Below, piece after piece: positions 11,307 to 23,269 of a stretch of 64,000 nucleotides of DNA (positions are counted from its first letter, which is position 1; every line of letters begins with the position of its first letter). The notes beneath the pieces were generated by a model. The model was given only the letters and a program-made list of their open reading frames with translations, was not told the origin of the DNA and did no database searches. This stretch comes from Dicyema japonicum (taxonomy: Eukaryota; Animalia; Dicyemida), in NCBI GenBank assembly GCA_011109175.1, contig RDEW01000006.1, positions 1,254,699 to 1,318,698 of the forward strand, written 5' to 3'. The position numbers and the translations under genes are program-made.

Positions 11307-12550
11307 ATGTGTGCGTTAGTAAGATTATTTTAAATTTCCCAGAGTTTCTACCGAATCTGAAGATTCTTCCACGACGGATAAAGAATCCAAGTATGAATAT
11401 CTGAAGGTAATCGGCGAAGGATCATTTTCTACAGTATATTTGTGCAGAAACAAAAATACAGACGTGGAATATGCCTTGAAAAAGTGCAGTAAAGCTACAA
11501 TTATTAACAAAAAGGCGACAAAACTCATATTTGCCGAGAAAAATATTCTCATTTTGCTCAGCAACAGGCACCCCTTATAATAACGCTCGTTGAATCTTTC
11601 AAAACTGCGGACAGTCTCGTTTTCGTGTTCGAATACTGCAAAATCAGGACCTGCTACACCTAATCAACTCCCGGAAACCTCTCCTTTGGGAATCCGTGGT
11701 TTTTTACGCTGCCCAGTTGATATCTGCCCTTGAGTTTATCCACAACAACAACGTGGTCCACCGGGATGTGAAACCGAGCAACATTCTGTTGGATAGAAAA
11801 ATGAACATAAAACTGAGCGACTTTGGGACCGCAATGGTTAATGAAACTGAGGATCTGGAGCGTATCAGACTTGATAGAAGTTCTAACTTTGTTGGACCGC
11901 TGAATATGTCTCTCCTGAAGTGTTGAAGGGCAAGGAAGTTGACTTTAGATGTGACTTATGGGCCCTTGGTTGTGTGATCTTCCACCTTGTCACCGGATGT
12001 CCCCCATTTAACAGCTTTTCGATGTTGGACGTGTTTTCTAAGGTCATCAGGGGGTCTTTGCTGTACCCTGATGATTTCGATATGCTCGAGGACGACGCTC
12101 ATAGTCTGATCTCCAGATTGGTTGTCGTAGATCCGACTGAAAGGCTGGGATCTGGAGAACAGGGTGATCTCAGAAGCGTTCGAGGGCATCGTTTCTTCAG
12201 TAATGTGGATTGGTCCCTTCCTATTTCTGAGCAGAGATCGCCTGAACGTCCCCTGGGGTCCTCAGTTGAAGAAAAGGAGGACTTTTTCGTGGAGGTGGGT
12301 TTTATGAGGAGAAGGGATCAGTGTGAGGGTCATGAAACCGTCGAAGACACCGAGGGAGAAGTCTGGATTTGGAGCAATGGTGGAGCTAACCACGCCCGGA
12401 AGGAAAAAACCTGTAGTTGTGGTTGTGGACCGATTGAAGGTGAAGTCTGATTCTGTCCTAACCATTCGACTTGAATCTAACATGGAATTTGATGTAATGT
12501 GTCCTTCCTGCGAGGCTGCCATGGATTTGGCTGATACGATTTACGGATGA
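11307..12550 (+). CDS. PDPK1: PDK1-like AGC kinase with reduced C-terminal domain
   Basis: IGEGSFSTV, HRDVKPSN, DFGTA, FVG(T)AEYVSPE and DLWALGC; 28-nt intron 11315-11342; single-base frameshifts near 11575, 11640, 11896 and 12315. Confidence 0.78.
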
Positions 12551-13060
12551 CAGTTTATAACTTTTAATGCTGAGATGTGTTCGTTAATAATAATATGTGT
12601 TCGTTAAGTGTTATAACTCGTTTAATGTGGTGACTACTTGTCGGAACTGCGAATAAATTGGTACTAAACATGTGTTCTGGAGTGAGGTTGTAAAGTATGT
12701 GATGTGCTCAAAATGAGGAATTACTTGAGGATGTATATGATGTCCAAACTTCTTTTGGATATTTTAGTCTCTGTTGAGAAGTCGTTACGACTATTTGGGT
12801 CTAATAAAATTTTGAGAAAATATGAGACTAAAAGTTTCCCATTAAGAATATGTTATGGACGTTCAATAGGGTTACCGCTTTATTAGAATACAAATTAATA
12901 ACATTTACTGATGACTTTACCCTCGTTGGATAACATCTTCCATTATGGTAATTATCCCATTTACTCTTAGTGGACTTACTGATGATGTTAGTAATGATAT
13001 TGACTCAACTTCCAGTCGGTAGTCTGTGACAGATGGTGCCGTCAACAATGCTTATTTTTT

Positions 13061-13388
13061 ATTATTAGCACTTTCACGAAAGCCATAATATTTATAGCCC
13101 CGCATGTGCAGCAAAATATAAGAGAATTAGTTAGGTTGCTCCAAGCTCTTTCTCTTCTTTGAAGGTCCCTCAGTGAGTCTAGATCATCACAGATGCCAAT
13201 GTTTTCAGATCGTTTTGTAGAACGACCGGGAGGGTAGTTCTCGGTCTTCCACGAAAGCGTTTTACATTGAAGGAGTAGAATTCCTCTTTAGAGGTGGCCC
13301 AGGTCCCAGAGTTGTATAGTAGGATTGGTTTGATGAAGGTGTCGTATAACATAATCCTTTGTTTTATGTTATATTCTTTTCGTTTAGC
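13061..13388 (-). mobile_element. Short internally deleted RTE 3' fragment
   Basis: LYDTFIKPILLYNSGTW fused to FRGRPRTTLP; 3' motif GCACATGCGG...ATGGCTTTCGTGAAAGTGC plus (TAA)n. Confidence 0.8.
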
Positions 13389-13564
13389 CAATGCTTTTTT
13401 AGTTGAATGAATATTATTTCACTAGTGATATGTGTACCGATCTTGAAAACTTAATACTTCAGAGATAAAACGAGACCATTATGTGATCACGACCTCTCTC
13501 AACGACCATCACATACTTACTGTTCCTCTCGGGGTCCCACACAATTAAATTAAAATAATTCCAA

Positions 13565-13790
13565 AGACCAAGGGTAACCAAACTAACTAACACCTTGATC
13601 CTGACTCGTTCCAGCATCCCACAACTTGTCTCCAAAAAACGACATTGTCCCCGGGAAAGAATAGTGGATCCTCTTGGTGCTGGTTAGGTATTGGGCGTCT
13701 CCTCATTAAGTGGATCCAATGACGCCATCAAAGGAAAAATAATTTTTGACTACTAGAACATAGCACCACATGACGCCACGCGGCCACGTT
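13565..13790 (-). mobile_element. SINE-like repeat (family B); related copies at 34620-34850 and 41990-42215
   Basis: tRNA-like start GGCCGCGTGGCGTCATGTGG; the body aligns to two other copies; ends GGATCA..TTAGTTAGTTTGGTT. Confidence 0.55.
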
Positions 13791-14223
13791 TAAAATTTTT
13801 CATACTTAATCATACATGTGCGCTCTAAAAAATTTTGGAGTGAATTCCCCCCAATTCGTGACGGACACTTAGATTTAGTGTGAACTCTCAGTTCTCATCT
13901 GACATGAATAAATTAGAACATCATACGTACACATTCAGAAACATCATTTTATAAGCTACCATGTCACCTACTCGACCACCATCAACAAGCTCTTATAAAG
14001 TGACCTTCTTCCAATATCTCCCACCCCCAATGCACAAGAAAATGAGATATGCGGTTTTCACCAATCAGAAAAAGAGGATACTTTTCATAAAACAAAGTGA
14101 CGTCACAAACTCAATATCCATAACCAACTCCACAATAATACCTACAATCCCCTGCAAAGCAAATACAATCCCGCCAATTAAAGACTAAAATCTTTACAAA
14201 AATCAACAAATCACAATAAAGGA

Positions 14224-14911
14224 TTAAATGACATATCTATAAGTCAAATAACGTCCAGCGGTCTCACTCGTTCTGGAAATCTTAACAACTTGCCCCCTCC
14301 TCAGTCCATAATACCTACAAACAGGATCAGAAACTTGAATTCTGGGCAACTGAGTCTCCTTAATCTTACTAAACGAGTCACAATACAAGTCACTATTTTG
14401 CCAAAAGCTGCTTTTTTTGTTCTTCAGTCATCAGCTCGTGTTTGGGGACCAGATAGTGTTTTGTAATGTTTATGAGAAGTTCAGATTCAGAAAACTCCTC
14501 AATCATATATTTTGGTCTCATATTGACCAGTGCTTGCTTGGCCGAGGGAGTCAACGAGGCCTGGACTATGATTATGCTGCAGAAAGCCTCTTGTTTCTGC
14601 ATTTCTATGCACAGCGTCTTTATTTGGCTGATCCCGACCTTCTTTTCGTCAGGAAAAAAGACCAACAGCCTTTCTGGAGATAATTACAAAACAAGAATAC
14701 GCTGAATGTCGAATTGATGCTCGACGGTGATGTTCATGTCTTTTCGAGACTTTATCGTTCGACGGAAGTCTTCTAAGGAAAGATTTAGTTCATCTGAGCT
14801 AACTATGTAGTTTCTGTCGTTTAACATCTAATTTAATAAGGTTTGGTTATTTACTTCAAAGATGTTCTTGTGAATTCTCCAAAGACGATATGTTCCGTTT
14901 TCGTCATCCAT
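14224..14911 (-). CDS. POLR2E: RNA polymerase I/II/III shared subunit RPABC1 (RPB5)
   Basis: [11 protein letters not shown]...[14 protein letters not shown]...[37 protein letters not shown]; clean frame after removing introns 14828-14854 (27 nt), 14674-14700 (27 nt) and 14369-14393 (25 nt). Confidence 0.97.
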
Positions 14912-15008
14912 ACCACTACACAAAGTCAATTGAATGTGCCAAATTATTTATTTATTCTTCTACAAATTAATTAATTAATTAAATTTATTAATTAAATTTG
15001 ATAAATGT

Positions 15009-17352
15009 TTTTGTCACAAGACGACGTGGCTACAAGACGATTGACAAAGAAAAAACTCTGTCGGAGAGACCGTGAATATATATAATCAAATCGACTACAT
15101 TATCTTCCAAAAGTCTGATAAACACCTGCTAAATGATGCACGTTCCTACCAGGGAACAACAACTGACAGCGGCCACAGGATCGTCATTGCAAAACTTTCT
15201 GTAAAAAAGCACCTGACTGGGACAAAATACATTGAAAAACGCGAAGAAGGCGAGACAAAGGCCCAATATATACTTTCAGACAGAAAATTGTGGTTAGAGC
15301 TCACTTGTAGAGCTAAATATCACGAACAAATCGAGACTCTTATGGAGAAAACTGCACCGGAATCATCAGTACGAACTCTGTGGGATCAAACAAAGCAGGT
15401 AATCTCCAAGTCGGCCAATATATGCCTTGGAGTCCGAAATCATCACGCCCTAAAATTGGATCACCATTCGAACGTGCAGAGATATGGCAAAGCATTGCAG
15501 AGAGCTACGGCTAAAAGCGGCAAACACGTCAGACGAGAGTTAAAAAAAGAGCTAAATATCCAACAAAGGGAACTAAAATGGAAAATCAAAAAGATGAACA
15601 GAAAACACTCACGGGAAATTATTACATCCCTATTGAAGATGTGGAATGTCTAAAGGACAATTCAAGGATGTATGCGGCTGCTGCGGACAAAGAAAGGACA
15701 AAACATCCTTCACATCAAAGACAAAGATGGAAAATTAGTGGGTAACCTGAAAGAAAAAGCAGAATTGATTGCACGACACTTCGAAACACTGTTGAATAAA
15801 GAAAATAAAGTCTTTCCCCTTTTCCAGGGAGAAGCAAAGGCGCTAAAAATCACAGTGGAAGAGGTGAAATTAGCGATAAATAAACTGAAGAACAACAAGA
15901 GTGCTGGCCGGACAACATAAGCCCCTGAACTCCTAAAATCTGTGCCAAATATACTTAGCGACACAATTGCAAAAAACCCTAAATGACATCTTTGAAACAT
16001 CTTTGATCTAGAACTTGGAAATAGATTATTAATACCCATACAAAAACCAATCAAATCAAAAGGACCAGTAAAAAATCTCAGCCCGATAATACTTTTGAAT
16101 TCGATACGCAAGGTGCTGGCAAACATTGCACTAAGCCGGATAAAGGGTGTGGCGGATCTATACCTACCAGCAAGTCAAAGTGGGTTCCGAGAAGGGAGGT
16201 CTACGGCAGACATTGTATGGAGCCACAGATGGCGCTGCGCAACGCACCAAAGATTCAAGAGCGCAACAACAGATCTCTCCAGAGCTTTCGACTCAATAAA
16301 CAGACAGAAACTGATGAATGTACTTGAGCAAATATTGGATGAATCGTCGGTTAGGATAATCAGACTACTACTTGCGAACACAAGACTATCTGTGAAGACA
16401 GAAGGAGCAACTTCCCGCAGTTTCAAAACAACGATTGGGACACCCCAGGGTGATTCCCTCTCCCCTCTACTATTCACCATATACCTTGAATCTGCACTCT
16501 GCGATCTCCGTAAATGCTATATAGGAGACATAGAAGAGACATCTTATGCGGATGATGTGGATTTCGTATCACGGGACGTGACCGCACTCCAACACCTACT
16601 AGAAAATGCACCTGCGGAGCTTGAGAAATGGTTTCTCAGCGTAAATGTAAACAAAACTGAAATTACGGAAATCAAAAGAGAAGACGATATTACTCATGAA
16701 AGATGGAGACGTACTAATAAGCTCGGCTCTCTACTAGGAGACGCTGAAGATGTACTAAGGAGGAAAACACTGGCAAATGCGGCAATGGCTAAACTGAAGA
16801 AAGGATGGCTAAGAGCCAAAGGACTTGGAATTGACATCAGATGCAGGCTTTACAACGCGTTTGTGAAACCGATCCTACTGTAACGCTGGGACATGGGGAA
16901 GTTCCTTCAACGAACTATTGAAACTGGATTCGTTCCATAGAAGGCAACTAAGAAGCTTACTCGGAATGGAGTGGCCACGTAGAATATCAACCACTGGTAT
17001 CTACAACAAGTGTATGTGTTCTTACATCAGCAAGGATGTGATAGATGCCCGGTGGAGGCTATTTGGGCATGTACTAAGATTGAACCCGGACGCACCCGCT
17101 AACAAAGCGATGGAAGATTACTTTGACAGTTGCGACAAACCCTTCCGCGGACGACCTAGATCGACACTTCCGACTGCCTTAAACAAAGACTTAAATCGTG
17201 TGAGAAAAAATCTAAAGACGGGGGACGACCTGGACGAATTGAGATCACTCGCATTCGACAGAGGAAAATGGAAAAGACTAACTATAAATATTGTTTCTTT
17301 GAGTATTGCACATGCGGTAAACATTATGGCTTTCATGAAAGTGCCTTAATAA
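15009..17352 (+). mobile_element. RTE-clade LINE, 5'-truncated and frameshifted
   Basis: NQIDYI and TDSGHR (APE end), QSGFREGRST, GTPQGDSLSP, YADD, RWRLFGHVLR; 10-bp TSD tgataaatgt at 14999 and 17353. Confidence 0.92.
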
Positions 17353-17369
17353 TGATAAATGTCTAAGTG

Positions 17370-17612
17370 TAGATGCCTCCGGGTTTGAATCTCTGTGCTG
17401 CCCATTCCGGTTGAGGGTTCCACGCGTCTACGATTCTTCTTGGATTGAAGAGTGACTGCATCCATTATTGCAGAACAGGATTGTCTCCAGGGACTCGCAC
17501 GCAACCACGAAAAAAGTGAAATAAAAAACACTTTCGATTTCTTAGCTTCTTTGACGTATTGTGCTCATTCTTCGATTATTTCTTTTTTTAAATAAACAGT
17601 GTGCCCTGCCCA
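17370..17612 (+). mobile_element. Partial tRNA-derived SINE (family A)
   Basis: B-box GGTTTGAATCT; core ggttccacgcgtctacgat and ggattgtct shared with 58001-58302. Confidence 0.65.
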
Positions 17613-18125
17613 ATCGGATGTTTGCGTAATGGAAACATTACTACTGCTTGGCTAATCATGTTGCATTGACGTGGCTTCATGTGGTCCATCTGTCTTGGGT
17701 GGAATGCCACCAGGCACGGAAATTACCTGAAATAATTCCTTTTTAACACCTTTCTGTTTGTTGGTCCAAAAGAACGCTCCTAGGCACAGTAATCCCCTGA
17801 ATGCGATAATAGTTCTTTTTAGTGACACTTAGCAAAAAAAACGATCCAAATAATCCACGTTAATTATTTTTCGGTTTTTGGTAACATTATTAGCAACAAA
17901 CATGTTATCACATTGACTATCATCCTACACGTGCAGCGTCTGTTAGATGACCCTTAAAGTTAAGTGCGATTTGAACCTGGATCTGACGTCTCCCGAGTCC
18001 TTCACTTTGTCCATGTTCACAAGAAGGAAGACGTGGGCATTTATTCATCATGAGCTAAGTAGAAATTTCATGCAATAGTCACCACCTTAACCTAACGACC
18101 AATTCACAACTAACTTTTATTAGAA

Positions 18126-18181
18126 TCCTCTATCAGCTTAAGATCTTCCAATAAGTATCCTCTATCAGCTTAAGATCTTCC
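18126..18181. repeat. Short tandem duplication
   Basis: tcctctatcagcttaagatcttcc twice, period 32 bp. Confidence 0.85.
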
Positions 18182-18699
18182 GCATACACAAAACTGTGAA
18201 ACTGAAACGGGTCGCTATTTCCCTTATTTCTAACATCTTTGATTTCTCCTGTTTTAGTACGCTCACTATATTTCTCGAAGATCTTCTAGCGATGGACGAC
18301 TGGGAGATGTTGGATACACGTAGGATTCAGATTTGAATCGCATTTTACTTGAAGGGTCATCTAATAGAAACTGCACGTGTATTTGTATTATATTAACAGC
18401 CTTTTACACATCACTCGAAGTTATTTTTAACGAGGGTTTTCCAAACTTAGCTCCGAGAATAGACAAAGCGACGACTCGGGAGACATGAGAGACTGAAAGT
18501 ATGAACAAAGAAGGAAGTATCTGTATCCGAGTTCGAATCTTGATGGGATCATTTGTGAGAAGTTCCATGTATAGGAGATAACTATCATAATTCCGTGTAT
18601 ATTGCTATAATACACTCTTTCCTAACCTATTAGGCATCTGATGAGCATCTAAAGAGTCACATAGAATTATTTATTTCACCCAAGACCACTGTAAAACCA

Positions 18700-19420
18700 A
18701 ACTAATTATCACGTGCATTTTAACAGAGACCTCATCTTTGCCCGGTGTTCTTCCCTCGTGCCCGCGCATGAACATGCAGGACGGCTGACTGAATTTTCAG
18801 TGTCACCTTCCCGTGATCTGGATTCTAGTCTCATAAGGGCCTCCAGAGGCGAAGGTCCGGTTCTGTGATCTTCACAAATCCAATTCTCCTTTACTCTGAA
18901 AGCCCTCTTTTGCATTTCCTTGATTTCCAAAATATGGATGGTCGCCACGAGGTGCACGCATATGAGAAACATGGCTCGATGTACTGTTTGTACACGTTCA
19001 TCAGGATTGGTGAGTACCACTCTTCCATATTCCCGATAAACTTTTCAATCAGTTCCTTATCGCATTCTATAGAATTTTATCTACGTGTGGTGTCAGACGG
19101 AGACGCACATCAATTGTCACGCCCAAGATCCTTTGACATCTGTTGAAAGGAATGTCAACATTAACTTCAAGATGACTGTCTTCCTTTTTTCAGAGGTAGA
19201 CGACTTCTCTGCATTCACCACGAGCCGGTTTTCCATTATCCAGGCATTAAGCCTGTCCAGGTTAATTTATATTCTTTCTGTGGCCTTCTGGATGTCCTGA
19301 TCTCGCGAAGCCAACATAATTTCATCCACATAGGAGAGTAGAACATCATTATCTGATTCAAGAGTCGGGAGATCAGCCAGAAAAAGGTTAAACATAGCAG
19401 GGGATAAAGGAGATCCTAAA
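18700..19420 (-). mobile_element. Degenerate Jockey/I-like LINE RT fragment
   Basis: GSPLSPAMFNLFLADLP, SYVDE and WIMENRLVVNAEKS. Confidence 0.7.
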
Positions 19421-19499
19421 GGAAAATAGAATTGACAATTAAAGAAAAACCAAAGTTACCATGTACTTTAAGAGACAAATCAAATGTGGTCTCTGATTT

Positions 19500-19850
19500 G
19501 ATATATGACGATGTCAGTGGATTCCTTAGCAAAAAGTTGCTTAATGGCGGGTCGTTGATTGAGGTACTTTGTAGCCTAGAAACCTGAATGCCCTACTTTT
19601 GGAGAATATAGTGACAGAACAAGTGGAATTGGGTCGTCTGATTTTTCGAATAATGAAGGAAGCTGTCCTTAAAATTTAGAGACTGTGGCCGAGATCACCA
19701 GGAATGACTATGGCTACTTAAGCTTCTTGAGACTAATATCAATTCTCAACCGTTCGAGACCAGCAAATCAGTCAGAGACCTATCTGATTCTTCACAACCG
19801 GAAATTGTTGCCACACTCCACGTGCTTAGATATAAACTGAGGAATGAATT
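19500..19850 (-). mobile_element. Degenerate LINE APE endonuclease N-terminus
   Basis: LSTWSVATI...RLRIDISLQE-like motif across frameshifts. Confidence 0.4.
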
Positions 19851-20323
19851 CCCAAGAGCCTTGCCCATTAAAGGTATTCGCTGATGCAAAATCCGAAATT
19901 AAAAAATTCCATTTTTATCGATAAATTCTTATGAATTTTTTCGATAGTTTATTTCACAAAAAAATTGAGACAAAAATGTTCACTCAAAAAGGCGTCTATG
20001 TCCGAAAATAAGGTATTTATTTATTTAAAACACCAAGACTACCAAGAAAAAGGTTAAACTCATTAGTTAGGTGATCCCAGCATCCAACATCTCGCGAATT
20101 CTCCTTGAATTTTCCGCCAGCGAGCCGACTGTTTTCTGGAAGTGCCTACTTTTTCAGAGATAATAAGATAATAATAACAACAGAGACCACGGTTACACAG
20201 ACTCGGGTAAAATAAAATAAATTAACAAAATTGAAAAAATAACCGAAAAAGTAATTTATTATAAATTTAAAAATTATTTAATGATTAGTTATTAAATAAA
20301 ATAAATAAAATTTATAGTACTAT

Positions 20324-22637
20324 ATGTGCGGAATAATCGCTTATGTTGCCTCTTATCAAACTTCACTCAGTAAGGTCCTTCAAATCATAGTAAACGGACT
20401 CATCCGTATGGAATATCGCGGTTATGATTCCGCTGGTAAAGCATATTTGAGTTAAAAAGGAATCTGTTTTGACTATAAGTCCGCAAATGAGGACAAAATG
20501 TCGCTCATTCGCTCAGTGGGGTTCATTTCTAAGCTTGAAGCCAAAGTTAACGGTAATAAAATTTAATAAATCAGAATGGAAAGATTCGGTGGATCTTAGC
20601 GACTTGGAGAGTAACCAAACTGCCATGGGACACACCAGGTGGGCAACCCATGGAGTCCCCTGTGAGAAGAATTGTCATCCAATTGTTTCAAATCCCGGAG
20701 CAGGTTCTCCCAGAAATGTCAGTAAATTAGACTTTAGAGTGGTCCACAACGGAATAATTACAAATTACGACCAAATCAAGAAGTCCCTAGTAAATCGTCT
20801 AATTATGGCTTAGATGGACGCCGGACACTCATTCAGCAGTGACACTGACACTGAAGTGATCCTATTCTGCTGAAGGATCTCTATGACCAAAGGAGATGCG
20901 GTTTCGTCGACCTGTGCTACATTCTCTTGGACAAAATCGTACTTTTATTTGTGACTTCCAGGAGGGATCGTTCGCCTTGGCAATAACCAGTCGTCACTTT
21001 CCTGGGGAATGCCGTGGGAATAAGGTCACCCTCTTTTATATTCGAGGTACAAGAGTCCCTTGATTGTGGGAGTCAAATCAGAGAGCAACATCTCTGGGGA
21101 GAAAATACAAGGTATGCTTTCTTGCGTACCCAGTTCTCAAAAATTCCAATGACGAATCACGTGTTTTGGCAAACTCGGAGTTTTTCCTGACCTCTGACCC
21201 ATGGTGGAGTGTTTTTACTCAAAGTGCTATCGTTGAGGAGACCAGGGACATTATTTACCTCTGCAACAAAGACGTCGTCATATCAGTAACGAGGGACTCC
21301 GTATTTTCAACTCGTGTGAGACCTGGTCGATTTCAGGGGGGTTTCTCACTGTCCTTTCGATGTTGAGCACATCAGAAAGGGGAGATTCAAGTACTTCATG
21401 GAAAAGGAGATTTATGAGCAGGATGAGCGGGTAAGGGACACCCTCAGAGGAAGAATTGGCTGTGATGGGGAACTCGGTGACTGTGATTACTTACTCCCAG
21501 GGAATGTTACCTTCCCTGAGCTTGAGAACCGTCTCTGTGGACTGGAAAAGTGCAAGAGGATCGTCATCTTTGGATGCGGGACCTCATTTTACAGTGGATT
21601 GGGAATAAAGCCGTTCATGCAAGAGATGACTCAGTGTGAAGTGACCGTGGTCACAGCATCGGAGTTTCTTGATTTCCCAATCTGCCTGAACCCCCAGACT
21701 GACGTTTACATCTTTGTCAGTCAATCAGGTACCTTGTTGCCACCTTTTGGTGAGACCGCGGATCTCCTCACAGCTCTTGCGTTCGTCAAGCAAAATTGCG
21801 AAAATTCGAAGACATTGTGTCTGACCAACAACATTGGGAGTACTTTGGCGAGGGAATGTTCCGTTGTCCTCGACATACGAGCTGGTCCTGAGCTTGGAGT
21901 GGCCAGCACCAAGGCATACACGTGTCAAACCGTATTATTTATCCTTGTGTCTCTGAAATTCTCTCAAATCATCAACGGTAAATCTTTCCTTCAATCGAGA
22001 AGATCCCAAGTCGTTGAGGGACTCGGTAGATTATCTGGTAACACACTGAGAGCTAATTTGTTAGATGATATAAGCCACGTGCTTTCCATGCATGCTGAAA
22101 TTAAGGGAATCGCCAAGGCATATTCAGATGCTACGAACCTCCTGCTTGTTGGACGAGGCTACAGTCTTCCAGCCTGTTATGAGTCATCCCTGGTTATGTG
22201 TGATTTGATTTGCCAGAAAATAAAGGAACTGTCTTACATTCACAGTTCCGCGATTAACGCGGGGGAGTTAAAACACGGACCGCTCGCTTTGGTGGACGAA
22301 AAGACCCCTATAATATTCTTCCTGTTCAATGATAGGTTTTATGACAAGTCATGCAATGCTCTGCAGCAGGTTATCGCTAGAAAGGTCGTATTTTTCTTAT
22401 TTGAAGGGGAGACCGGTCCTGATTAGCTGTGGAAGAGTGAGAGTATGTTGAGGGATAACTGTCCGTTCAGTATTGAGGTCCCAAAGACGGTAGACTGTCT
22501 TCAGTTTGTCCCCTCGGTAATAGCCATGCAGATATTCGCAATGGAGTCTGCAAATTTGAGGGGATACAACGTATTGGGATGTCATTTCTTAGGTTGACCG
22601 GCCGAGGAACCTAGCCAAGTCAGTGACGGTGGAATAA
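20324..22637 (+). CDS. GFPT: Glutamine:fructose-6-phosphate amidotransferase (GFAT)
   Basis: MCGI start, [60 protein letters not shown] and C-terminal [11 protein letters not shown]; about 14 introns of 21-27 nt and a few 1-nt indels. Confidence 0.96.
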
Positions 22638-23269
22638 TTAATAATAGACTTTATTTAACTAAACATGTCCTTTTACTTTGTTGGCCTTACAGTTGTGTTC
22701 CAATATCTAGGAGTTATCTAAATTGGGGGACTTTGGTCTTGTTTTTGGTGAGTTGACTGACTGCACTTTGGGTCTGTGATTGCTGGGATTTTGGTTGATT
22801 TTCTTTATTTTCGTTGTGTGGCTGACTTTATCAGGGTAAAACTTTCTGCATTGAGGGGAAGGGAAGACCTTATTGTATAGCAGAGGAGAATCAGCAGGAA
22901 TATTGCGACAGGAGGAACTATAATCCATGCTAAACTTTCGTTCATCCGTGAATTGCGATTAATTTAAATTAATAAATTAAATTACGCACAATTTGGTTAG
23001 TTTGACAAATTAACCATGAATTACTATTCCCTCCGCCTCATTGTTACCAATTCCTGTCTGATAGATTCTTGAGATCGTATTTACACCAGCCCTTCATGAT
23101 CGAATTGCTTTATTTGTAAAGATTGAAAAACAGTAATGAGTAGGGCAACCAACTACAATTATTATTTATTTAATAACCCCGAAAAGGAAACACCAAGAAA
23201 GAAGGAGTAAACCAACTAATTAAGTGATCCCGGTACGCCTCAACAGGATCGAGAGGTTTTTCCTATGTT

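Noticed and set aside
14393-14395. Stop-codon reassignment suggested by in-frame stops in RPB5 and GFAT
   Set aside because: The stops fall within or at the edge of removable GT-AG micro-introns; the standard code works
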